Below are positions 34,001 to 47,763 of a stretch of DNA of 64,000 bases, in pieces. How positions within the stretch are numbered: the first letter of the stretch is position 1; every line of letters starts with the position of its first letter. Source of the DNA: the human T2T-CHM13v2.0 reference genome, Homo sapiens. The notes beneath the pieces are model-generated. The model was not told the origin of the DNA and searched no databases. It saw nothing but the letters and a program-made list of their open reading frames with translations. The translations under genes were made by a program, and so were the position numbers. Location of the stretch: assembly GCF_009914755.1 (NCBI RefSeq), contig NC_060927.1; one strand, 5' to 3'.

Positions 34001-34411
34001 ACCAAATGGTCTGAAAAGACAAAACCCTTCTGCAAAGTAAAAAGCTATTTGTGGGAATCAGAAAGATATGTGGCTTTAAGCAATATTTCTATTTAAGCAA
34101 AATATCAGGAGTTCTTCATTTAATAAATGTATGTTCACAGTCAGAACATCTAAGTAAAAGCATATATGAAATTAAAGTTCAGTTTAAACAGTAAGATTTC
34201 CTGAAACTCATTTTTTCTTTTCTTCTGTGATAATTATTTTAAAATTAGGCTTCAAATTATTTTTTGCTTTATATGATGAATGATTGTCTTTCTCATTCTA
34301 AAATCTATTTTGCCAGAAATTCAGCTATTCTAGCTTTATTTTGGTGAGTATATTATATAATGGTATCTTTCTTCCACCCTTTTACTTTTAACCTAGCTAG
34401 CTATATATATA

Positions 34412-34748
34412 TTTTTTTTTTCCGGTTTTAAAGAGCAGAGAGTTTAATAGGCAAGAAAGAAGGAAGAAACTCCCCTGTACAGAGACACAGGAAGAGGGGC
34501 TCCAAAGCTGAGAGAGGAAACCCCGAGTGCCATGGAAATCAGCCAGTAATATGAGGAGGCTGGAGGAGGTGGTGTCTGGTTTGCATAGGGCTCAGGGGAT
34601 TAGTTTGACCTGGTATGTCATTCACATAGCCACGAAAAACTGGCCCTCCCACCCTAACCTTTTAATATGCAAATACAGGGCACCATGATGTCCTACACAT
34701 GTGGGGATATGTGGGGGCGGCCATGTTGCCAGGCACATGTGGGGGCAA
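34412..34748 (-). mobile_element. 5'-truncated, polyadenylated ERV1 LTR fragment (LTR9/MER50-61-like), probable L1-mediated retrocopy
   Basis: No TG...CA termini; minus-strand ATTAAA (34443-34448) about 21 nt before an A10 tract (34412-34421); flanking direct repeat taacctagcta at 34389-34399 and 34749-34759. Confidence 0.7.
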
Positions 34749-34794
34749 TAACCTAGCTATGTCTTCATATCTAAGTGGGTTTTCTTGTAGACAG

Positions 34795-35206
34795 TTTCAT
34801 GTGCGTCCGTGTAAAGAGACCACCAAACAGGCTTTGTGTGAGCAACATGGCTGTTTATTTTACCTGGGTGCAGGCAGGCTGAGTCCGAAAATAGAGTCAG
34901 TGAAGGGAGATAGGGGTGGGGCCATTTTATAGGATTTGGGTAGGTAAAGGAAAATTACAGTCAAAGGGGGGTTGTTCTCTGGCGGGCAGAGTGGGAGTCA
35001 CAAGGTGCTCAGCAGGGGAGCTTTTGAGCCAGGATGAGCCAGGAGAAGGAATTTCACAAGACAATGTCATCAGTTAAGGCAGGAACAGGCCATTTTCACT
35101 TCTTTTGTGTGGAATGTCATCAGTTAAGGCAGGAACCGGCCATCTGGATGTATACATGCAGGTCACAGGGGATATGATGGCTTAGCTTGGTCTCAGAGGC
35201 CTAACA
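34795..35206 (-). repeat. LTR7, 3' LTR of HERV-H
   Basis: Minus strand 'tgttaggcctctgagaccaagctaagcc...gacgcacatgaaa'; TATAAAA at 34925-34931; preceded by PPT 'ataagaagacaggaa' (35207-35221). Confidence 0.97.
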
Positions 35207-37057
35207 TTCCTGTCTTCTTATATTAATAAGAAAAATAAAATGAAATAGTGGTAAAGTGTTAGGACGGTGAAAATTTTTGGGGGTGGTATGGAGAGATAAT
35301 GGGCGATGTTTCTCAGGGCTGCTTCGAGTGGGATTAGGGGCGGCGTGGGAACCTAGAATGGGAGAGATTAAGCTGAAGGAAGATTTTGTGGTAAGGGGTG
35401 ATGTTGTGGGACTGTTAGAAGAAACATTTGTCATTTAGAATTATTGGTGATGGCCTGGATACAGTTTTATATGAATTGAAAAACTAAATGGAATAAGAGA
35501 AGGAGAAAAACAGGTATTAAAGGTCTAAGAATTGGGAGGACCTACGACATCTAATTAGAGTGCCTAAGGAAATTCAGCATAGTCCTGTCAGCAAAGATTA
35601 TTTATTTACTTCAAGAGTTAAGAGTGGCAGTTTGGGGATAGCACCAGGAGATATCAGCTGTGATGGCTTGGAGAAACAGTGTAAACCGGCAGTGTAAACA
35701 AGAGCAGGGCATGTATGAGTAGTTGAGAACGGTGAATAGGAGTATGACTAGACAGAAGATAGTAGGGATGACAAGTTTTTTTGGGGCACAGTCTAAGTTA
35801 GTCTGGTGTCTGGAATGAGACTGGGGCCTAACAAAAAGGAGCATCTATACAGGAGCTCAAATGGGCTGTACCCTGTAGCATTCTGAGGACAGGTCTGACT
35901 TCTGAGAAGGGAAAGTGGTAAAAGTATTGTCCAGTCCTTTTTAAGTTGGTGGCTGAGCTTGGTGAGGTGTATTTTTAAAAGACCATTAGTCTGTTCTACT
36001 TTTCCTGAAGACTGAGGACTGTAAGGGATATAAAGGTTTCACTGAATACTAAGAGCCTGAAAAACTGCTTGGCTGATTTGACTAATAAAGGCTAGTCTGT
36101 TATCAGACTGTATAGAGGTGAGAAGGCTAAACTGAGGAATTATGCCTGAAGGAAGGGAAGAAATGACTGCAGTGGCCTTCTCAGACCCTGTAGGAAAGGA
36201 CTCTACCTATCCAGTGAAAGTGTCTACCTAGACTAAGAGGTATTTTAGTTATCTGACTCGCATGTTGAGTAAAGCTAATTTGCCAGTCCTGGGTGGGGGC
36301 AAATCCTCAAGCTTGATGTGGAGGGAAGGGAGGGGGGCCTGAATAATCTTGAGGAGTAGTAGAATAGCAGATGGAACACTGAGAAGTTATTTCCTTGAGG
36401 ATAGATTTCCACGATGGAAAGGAAATGAGAGATTTTAAGAGGCGGGCTAGTGACTTGTACTATAGCATAGCCTGCCTTTGCTGGTGTGTGGCAATTAGGC
36501 CTGGTGGAACTGCCATTAATAAATCAAGCGTGATCAGGGTGAGGAACAGGAAAGAAAGAAGTATGGGGAAGTGGGGTGAATCTCAGGTGGATCAGAGAGA
36601 TACAGTAATGAGGCTCAGGTGTGGTATCCAGAATAATGTGGGAGGCCGGATTGAAGTCCGGGCCAGGAACAATGGTAATTGTGGGACTTAACAAAGAGTG
36701 AGTACAGCTGAAGGAGCCGGGGAGCAGAAAGTATCTGCGTCAGGTATGAGGAAGAAAATAGATTTTGGAAGTTATGAGAAATGTAGAGAGTAAGTTGAGC
36801 ATAGGTTGTGATTTTGAGGGCCTCTAAAAGTATTAGGGCGGCAGCAGCTGCTGCACGGAGACATGATGGCTAGGCTAAAACAGTAAGGTCAAGTTGTTTG
36901 GACAGAAAGGCTACAGGGTGCGGTCCTGGCTCTTGTGTAAGAATTCTGACCGCACTAACCATGCCTAGGGAGGAAAGGAGTTGTTTTATTAGGGATTGAG
37001 GTTTGGGAGATTAATCAGACACGATCAGCAGGGAGAGCACGTGTGTTTTTATGAGAA

Positions 37058-37954
37058 TTATGCTGAGATAGGTAACAGATAAGGAAGAAATTTCAGCTTG
37101 ACTGAAGTAATGGGGGCTGTCTGTGAAGCCTTGCGGCAGTACAGCCCAGGTAATTTGCTGAGCCTAATGGGTGTCAGGGTCAGTCTAAGTGAAAGCAAAG
37201 AGAGGCTGGGACGAGGGGTGCAGGGGAATAGTGAAAAAAGCATCTTTAAGATCGAGAACAGAATAGTGAGTTGTGGAGGAAGGTATTGAGGACAAAAGAG
37301 TGTACGGGTTGGGCACCATAGGATGGATGGAAAAACAATTTGGTTGATAAGGCGCAGATCCTGAACTAATCTGTAAGACTTGTCTGGTTTTTGGATAGGT
37401 AAAATGGGGGAATTGTAAGGAGAGTTTATAGGTTTTAGAAGCCCATGCTGTAGCAGGCGAGTGATAACAGGTTTTAATCCTTTTAAAGCGTGCTGTGGGA
37501 TTGGATATTGGTGTTGAGCGGGGTAAGGGTGATTAGGTTTTAATGGGATGGTAATGGGCATGTGATCGGTTGCCAGGGAAGGAGTAGAGATGTCCCATAC
37601 TTGTGGGTTAAGGTGGGGGGATACGAGAGGAAGACGCGAAGGAGGCTTTGGGTTGGGGAGAAGTGCAGCAATGAGATGTGGCTGTAGTCCAGGAATAGTC
37701 AGGGAAGCAGATAATTTGGTTAAAATATCTCAGCCTAATAAGGGAACTGGGCAGGTGGGGATAACTAAAAAAGAGTTCATAAAAGAGTGTTGTCCAAGTT
37801 GGCACCAGAGTGGGGGAGTTTTCAGGGGTTTAGAAGCCTGGCCGTCAATACCCACAACAGTCATGGAGGCAAGGGAAACAGGCCCTTGAAAAGAAGGTAA
37901 TGTGGAGTGGGTGGCCTCCGTATTGATTAAGAAGGGGACGGACTTACCTTCCAC
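37058..37954 (-). pseudogene. HERV-H pro and pol (RT N-terminus) remnants
   Basis: FLINTEATHS (protease DTG motif lost); [15 protein letters not shown]...[22 protein letters not shown]; frameshifted. Confidence 0.88.
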
Positions 37955-38034
37955 TGTGAGAGTTACCCGAAGCTCGGCATCCGTGATGGTCTAGGGGGCT
38001 TCCGAGGTGATCGGGCAGTGTCAATCTTCAGCCG

Positions 38035-38325
38035 CTAAGCCAAGAAGAACTGGGAAGAAGTCAGAGAGCCTTGGGCCAGAGTTCCAGGGGCTCTGGGAGT
38101 GGCTGCCAGGTGAGTTGGACAGTCCAATTTCCAGTGGGGTCCCGCACAGATGGGACGCGGCTTAGGAGGAATCCTGGGCTGCAGGCATTCCTTGGCCTGG
38201 TGGCCAGATTTCTGGCACTTGTAGCAAGCTCCTGGGGGAGGAGGTTCTGGAGAAATGCCTGGCTGCTCCGGTTCAGGCATTTGGAAGTTCTTGTGTGCTG
38301 GAGATGTGGCTGGGGTTTGTCTCAC
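38035..38325 (-). pseudogene. HERV-H gag nucleocapsid remnant
   Basis: CCHC zinc knuckle CYKCQKSGHQAKEC plus a degenerate second knuckle. Confidence 0.88.
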
Positions 38326-39335
38326 AGTGGAGGCAAGGAATTGCTACTTTTTTCTATTATTGTACACCTTGAAGGCGAGGTTAATTAAATCCTGTTGTGG
38401 GGTTTGAGGGCCAGAATTTAATTTTTGGAGTTTTATTTAATGTCAGGAGCAGATTGGGTAATACAATGTATTTTGAGAATAAGACGGCCTTTTGACCTTT
38501 TAGGGTCTAGGGCTGTAAAGTGTCTCAGGGTTGCTGCCAAACGAGTCGTGAACTGGGCTGGATTTTTATATTTGATGAAAAAGAGCCTAAACGCTATCTG
38601 ATTTGGGATAAAGAAAAAGGAGCATTAACCTTGACTATGCCTTTAGTTCCAGCCACCTTTTTAAGAATAAATTGCTGGGCAGGTCGGGGAGGGCTAGTCA
38701 TGGAACGAAACTGTAAGCCAGACCGGGTGTGAGGAGGGGAGGTGATAAAAGGATTATAGGGTGGAGGAGCGGAGGCTGAGGAAGAATTGGGACCTAGCTC
38801 AGCCTGGTGAGGAGCAGCCTGGGGAGGAGAGGAGAGGTCAGAAGGGTCTGTAGAAAAGGAAGATTAGAAAGACTCAGTGACACCTGGGGTTGGGACTGGG
38901 GGGACAGATGGAAGGGAAAGAAGGAAGATTTGGGACGAGTTGCACTGGGCACAGAGACTAGGGAGGGACCGATGTGTAGAAGAATGCCTGGACGTCAGGC
39001 ATCTCAGACCGTTTGTCCATTTTATGACAAGAATTATTTAGATCTTGCAGGATGAAAAAATTGAAAGTGCTGTTTTCTGGCTATTTGGAACTACTGTTGA
39101 GTTTGTATTGGGGTCAAGCAGCATTGCAGAAGAAAATAAGACACTTAGATTTTAGGTCAGGTGAGAGTTGAAGAGGTTTTAAGTTCTTAAGAACAGAGGC
39201 TAAGGGAGAAGAAGGAGGAATGGAGGGTGGAAGGTTGCCCATAGTGAAGGAGGCAAGTTTAAAGAAAAGGGAGAGTAGAGACAAGGAGGGAAGCGGTTTG
39301 GGGGTTCTTACCCTCCAGAAAAGTGGGAAAGGGGT

Positions 39336-39576
39336 CGGGGTGCAGAGATACGAGGTTGGGGCATGGAAATAAGGGATCAGGGCACAGAGATATAAGAGGT
39401 TGGGGTGCGGAAATAAGGGATCGGGGCACAGAGATATGAGGTCGGGGCATGGAAATAAGGGATTGGGGTGCAGAGATAAGAGGTTGGTGCGTGGAAATAA
39501 GGGATTGGGGTGCAGAGATATAAGAGGTTGGGGCACAGAAATAAGGGATTGGGGTGCAGAGATACGAGGTTGGGGT
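39336..39576. repeat. About 42-bp tandem repeat in the HERV-H 5' leader/pre-gag region
   Basis: 'cagagata' x6 alternating with 'aaataaggga' x5. Confidence 0.85.
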
Positions 39577-40151
39577 ACTTGCCCCTCCTCTAGAAAAGCG
39601 GGACTTGCTGCTAAGAGTGAGGGAGAAGGGGTTGGGGGTTTCTTGCCCCCCAGAAAGGTGGAGAAGGGGTAGAGACATGGAGAGAAGGGGTTGGGGTACT
39701 TGCCCCTACCCCAGAAAAGAGGGATTTGCCTCTAAGGGTGAAGGACCAAGGCAGGCATCCCTGCGTGGTCTGACACCTCTGAAACCTGGGTGAATAATCA
39801 GAGAGGTGTCCCTGCAATGATTAAACACCAAGGGAAGGCTGCCTTCCCTAGTCCGTGACTGGCGCCGGAGTTTTGGGTCCATGGATAAAATGTGTCTCCT
39901 TTGTCTCTACCAGAAAATGAAAGGAATTGAAATTAAAAGAAGGGAGAGATTGAAGATTGGAAAGGAGAAAGTGGTTGAGGGACAGTGAGAGAGGTTGGAG
40001 AAGAGAGTAAAAAGAAGCCGCTTACTGGATTTGAAATTGGTGAGATGTTTCTTGGGCTGGTTGGTCTGAGGACCTGAGGTCATAGGTGGATCTTTCTCAC
40101 GGAGCAAAGAGCAGGAGGACAGGAGATTGATCTCCCAAGGGAGGTCCCCCG

Positions 40152-40169
40152 ATCTGAGTCATGGCACCA
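40152..40169 (-). other. tRNA-His primer binding site
   Basis: TGGTGCCATGACTCAGAT versus His PBS TGGTGCCGTGACTCGGAT (two CpG-type changes), directly after the 5' LTR. Confidence 0.92.
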
Positions 40170-40171
40170 AA

Positions 40172-40583
40172 TTTCATGCGCGTCCCTGTGAAGAGACCAC
40201 CAAACAGCCTTTGTGTGAGCAACATGGCTATTTATTTCACCTGGGTGCAGGTGGGCTGAGTCTGAAAAGAGAGTCAGCGAAGGGAGATAGGGGTGGGGCT
40301 GTTTTACAGGATTTGGGTAGGTAAAGGAAAATTACAGTCAAAGGGGGGTTGTTCTCTGGCTGGCAGAGTGGGAGTCACAAGGTGCTCAGTAGGGGAGCTT
40401 TTGAGCCAGGATGAGCCAGGAGAAGGAATTTCACAAGACAATGTCATCAGTTAAGGCAGGAACAGGCCATTTTCACTTCTTTTGTGTGGAATGTCATCAG
40501 TTAAGGCAGGAACCGGCCATCTGGATGTGTATGTGCAGGTTACAGGGGATATGATGGCTTAGCTTGGGCTCAGAGGCCTAACA
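40172..40583 (-). repeat. LTR7, 5' LTR of HERV-H
   Basis: 412 bp, collinear with 34795-35206; about 21 substitutions by hand count. Confidence 0.97.
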
Positions 40584-40733
40584 GACAGCATGTATTTATA
40601 GTAGAGTCTAGCTTTTTAATCCAATCCGATAATCTGATGTTTAACTGGCATATTTACACCATTTACATTTAAACTGATTACTAATATATTTGAATTGAAA
40701 TGTACCATGTCGCTGGCTGTTTTCTATTTGTTC

Positions 40734-41274
40734 TGTTAACCAAAATGAGTGACTAAGGCAAGAGTCTCTATCAATTGATGTTTATTGAGCTCGAGCTTGA
40801 GGGCATGCCCAAGATAAACAGGAGTCACAGAAATCTTCTGTGGCTTATATTCTCCCTGAAGGGGTTTTCAGGAGGCTCAGTATTTATACATTTCCTTAAG
40901 GGAGAAAAGGCGTGTAGGATAGGCAGAAGAATGATTGCTCTCACATTGTCTTTGTTCTGTACGTGAGAAAATAAGGATTATTAGTGTGAAGTCCAATAGA
41001 CATATCATTGTTTTATGGGAGAATATACATCTTGAAAGGTTTAGAGGCCACCAAAGAACAATTGATGAGGGCAGTCATCCAGAGATGCCTGAGGCCTCTT
41101 GCCTTTCTGTGGGGCCTGTGTAATGTCAATGCTCTGACACAAGGTTGTGAAGCAATAGCTATTAATTTGGGGAAAAGATGGAAATGTTGCATGACTCTGT
41201 TTCCAGTTTCTTCTGGTGTAACTTTGCCCTTTGGCATAACAAGTTTGAGGGTCCTGAGATTATTTTTCTTTACA
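40734..41274 (-). mobile_element. MER4-group ERV1 solo LTR
   Basis: Minus strand 'tgtaaagaaaaataatctcaggaccctcaaac...ccaaagggcaaagtt' ... 'aataaa...ttggttaaca'. Confidence 0.7.
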
Positions 41275-41291
41275 GTTTTGTTTTTTATTTT

Positions 41292-43837
<2,546 letters not shown>

Positions 43838-44451
43838 TTATGATGCCACTTTATCTCCTTCATGGACTTATTATTATACTTCTTTTTAAGTGTTTTTAGT
43901 GATTAATCTAGGGTTTAGAATAAGCATTAAAAATATGAATCTAGCTTCATATAATATATACACACTTTGCATATTTCCAATCCTCCCACTCATTCCTTGT
44001 GCCACATATTTTACTTTTACACATGCTATAAAGATATACTACATTGTTATAATTTCTGCTTTAAACAGATTTTTTTAAACAAGAGAAATAAATTAAAAAT
44101 AAATATTGTATTTTCTTTTCATTTATTCTATTTCCAATGCTCTTCATTTCTTTGTGTGGCTTCTAGTTTCTGACTACACCAAATTTCCTCTGTCTGAAGA
44201 ACTTCCTTAAACATTTCTTACAGAGTAAGTCCCTGACAATAAATGTCTTTCATTTTTGATTGTCTGAGAAAGTCTTTCTTTCTTTTTCACTTTTGAAAGA
44301 TATTTTTGGAGAGTACAGAAGAATTCTGCATTGGAAACTTTTTTCTCTCAGCACTTTAGAGAGGTCATCTCATTGTCTTCCGGGTGTCATGGTTTCTGAT
44401 GAGACATGGCTTAATTCTTATCCTTGTTCCTTGATGGATAACTTTTCTTTT

Positions 44452-44585
44452 TGTTACAGGAAAGTGGTCCCAATCCAGACCCCAAGAGAGGGTTCTTGGA
44501 TCTCATGCAAGACAGAATTCAGGGTCAGTCCACAGTTCAAAGTGAAAGCAAGTTTATTAAGAAAGTAAAGGAATAAAAGAATGGC

Positions 44586-44586
<1 letters not shown>
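44452..44586 (-). mobile_element. MER41 LTR, 3'-terminal 135 bp only
   Basis: Collinear with 15535-15670, then stops abruptly at 'gaatggct'. Confidence 0.88.
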
Positions 44587-45079
<493 letters not shown>

Positions 45080-45122
45080 CTAGGGCTACAGGTATGTTCT
45101 ATATGTAGATCAGGGTGGTAAA

Positions 45123-45605
45123 TGTTTCCAAAGATGGTTGTAATAATCCCTCCCATCCTGTATGTGCTTTTCCAGTGTGACTTTTCCACTCTCCCACCAC
45201 CACAAGCTTTCTCCTCCCATTGAATGTGGCCTAGTGCTGTGACCTTTTTTGACCAACCAAATGAAGAAGTGATGATGTATAAACTTTCAGACCTGTGCCT
45301 TCTCAGACTGCCATTCCCATCTTTGTCCCTTAAAGCACTCCTCTTTGGCATCCAGCTCCCATGCAGCTGCCTGGAGAGGCCCACATCAAGAAAACCGAGG
45401 CCCTACATCAGTAGTCTCAGCTGGTATCCAGTCTCGGTTGCCAGCCTTTTAGGGCTGTCCAGCCATTCCAGCCACCAACTGACATCAAAGAGCTCAACTC
45501 ATAGTACACCTGTCAGCTTATAGAACCTTGAGGAATAACGAATTGTTCATATTTTAAGTTAGTCAGCTTTGGGGCAATATTTATGTAGCAGTAAGTAACC
45601 AAAAC
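45123..45605 (+). mobile_element. MLT1F/G/H-like MaLR LTR inside an L1ME 3'-end relic
   Basis: 'ccaaagatggttgtaataatccctcccatcc...ttttaagtt...tttgggg...tatgtagcagtaagtaacc'; flanks 45010-45120 and 45610-45705 resemble an L1ME 3'UTR. Confidence 0.65.
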
Positions 45606-45739
45606 CTTGGGGCTATTAGTTCCATGGGCATATACATGTGGCAAAATTCATAGGATTGTACATTTATGATCTGAGCATTTTCCTGCATGTTAACCTCAGT
45701 AAAAATATTTATAAGTAAAAGCAAACCATCAGAGTATTA

Positions 45740-46560
45740 TATAGTTGTGAAAACCCAAAAGCAATCATAATAAATTATAAAAATTTAAAGCCAATTCTAT
45801 TAAAATCAGAAACTAGAAAGGGTGCTCTGGGATTCAAAATCTCTTTGAAGATTTTAGCTAATTCAATACACAGGAAATTGAAACTGCACAAGTTATGGAA
45901 AAGAAGACAAAAAAGATATTTGCTGGTGATAAACTGCACATCCAGAAAACTCCAGAGACTCTATTTGACAATATGATAAATTAATTAAAAATAAAAAGAT
46001 GTGACTGGATTAACTGTGACTATACACATGCTAGTGGCTTTCTCTATATAAACCATAGTTAGAATAGAAATTTTAAAAATCCAATTTAAATTTAAAAAGT
46101 ATAAAATAGCTTAAATAGCTATAAAAAGCACATGGAGAAAGCCACAAAATATTATTAGAGCTAAGATAAACTCTAAACTGAGGTATGCTATATACCTGGT
46201 TGGGAAAACATATCATAAAAATATTACCCTTTCATATGAATACATATACATACATACTTAACACAATTCCAATCACAATCCTAACATTTTTGGTTACCTG
46301 CTTCAAATTTATTTACAATTCATATGGAAGAATAGCTAAAATGGTTTTGAAAAGTAAAATGATGATTGCATATTTGCTTTATCAGCCATTAAAATTTATT
46401 ATATAAAACTTATTGAAATTTGAAATGCATATTGTCAGAATAGTAAACATGAAACTGAGAGGCAGAGTGAAGAGTCTGTATGTAAATCCCAGAATGTATT
46501 TATGACAAAGTTGGCATTTCAATTCAGGGGTTTATTTAATATTAATATATGATGCTGGCC
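45740..46560 (+). mobile_element. Ancient L1M ORF2 relic
   Basis: Degenerate 'ttaaaatcagaaactagaaaggg', 'atttgctggtgat', 'acaattccaatcacaatcc', 'tttatgacaaagttggcatttcaattca'. Confidence 0.6.
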
Positions 46561-47585
46561 TAACGTGTACTTTACCTGCAAGAATGCAATATTGGGATTC
46601 TAAGTCTTAACATACATAAAAATACATTCTTGATGATAGAAGAAAATGGAGGATGAAAATGGATTCTTGATGATAGATGAAAATGGAGATATTTTAGGTT
46701 GGGAAGTTTTATCAAGGACACATATACATATTTTTTTTTGATACATTGAGAGGAACTCATGGTTTTGTATTGCCACTTTTGAAGACCCTATGCTGCATGC
46801 CTTTGTAAAATCCCAAATTTGGGAATGAGAGAAGAAACACTGGCTCTGCACACACATGTACACATGAATGTGTGCACTGAGACACATGCAAACATACTGA
46901 ACTTATCCCTAGGTATTTTCTCATCTTACGTAAACGCTCTTGTCTTTCCAGTATGTACATGCTGCTGCTGCAGGGAGGTAAAAGGAAGGGAGTTGTGGAA
47001 GAAGAAAGGGAATGAAAAAGAAAGGAAGAGAAAAGGAGTGCCAAGGCATGTACCTTGGCAGAGTTGGCATGGATTGGGCATACCAGCTTCTTGATTCTTC
47101 AAAATGTCTTTCATCTGTTCTGAAGGATTTGGCAGTTTCTCCTGTTCTTTAGTTGCATTGTGTTGGTGGATGATAAGCCATTCTCATGCGTTTCTCTCAG
47201 TAACAAAATGTACCACAATTTCTTCTACCTGTGGGTTTCTAAAATACTTGGTTATTGCTTTGAAAGATATGTGAGATTGCAATCATTCCTTCAACAACAA
47301 ATATTTGCTTCATTAACATAAAGTATATGCTCTGCTGCTCCATTTCCATGCTTTCTGCACACACAATGACTTTTTGTTTGATTGCTAAATCATAATGAAA
47401 TCTTTCTGAAGATGTTTTCAATAACAAATTCTCATTGCTCTAACAATGCATATAACTCAGTTGAAGTGACAGCATTATGAACAGCCATGACCGAGTTTGC
47501 TCACGACTACTACCGAGTTTGCTCATGTCAGTTCTACCTCACTGACAGTGATTGTCCTTCTGATTTTACAAAAGTTAAACTATGT

Positions 47586-47763
47586 AGCTTGGCATGGTGG
47601 CTTGCGCCTATATTCCCAGCTACTCAGGAGGCTGAGGCATAAGAATTACTTGAACCCAGGAAGTGGAGGTTGCAATGAGCCAAGATTGTGCCACCGCACT
47701 CCAGCCTGGGTGATAGAGTGAGACTGTCTCAAAAACAAACAACAAACAAACAAACAAACAAAC
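47586..47763 (+). mobile_element. Alu right monomer (FRAM or truncated Alu) with (AAAC)n tail
   Basis: 'gcttggcatggtggcttgcgcc...gagactgtctcaaaaacaaac'. Confidence 0.88.

Larger units (their letters stand above)
34795..40583 (-). mobile_element. HERV-H provirus, 5.8-kb env-deleted type
   Basis: Two 412-bp LTR7s, His PBS, PPT, gag/pro/pol remnants; 5-bp TSD gacag at 34790-34794 and 40584-40588. Confidence 0.97.

Noticed and set aside
39336-39576. CRISPR-like repeat-spacer pattern
   Set aside because: Eukaryotic proviral tandem repeat; the 'spacers' are themselves repeats and there are no cas genes
40801-40810. p53 half-site GGGCATGCCC in the MER4-group LTR
   Set aside because: No properly phased second decamer on either side
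46626-46692. Short imperfect duplication (ttcttgatgataga...gaaaatgga)
   Set aside because: Ordinary slippage duplication with no further structure
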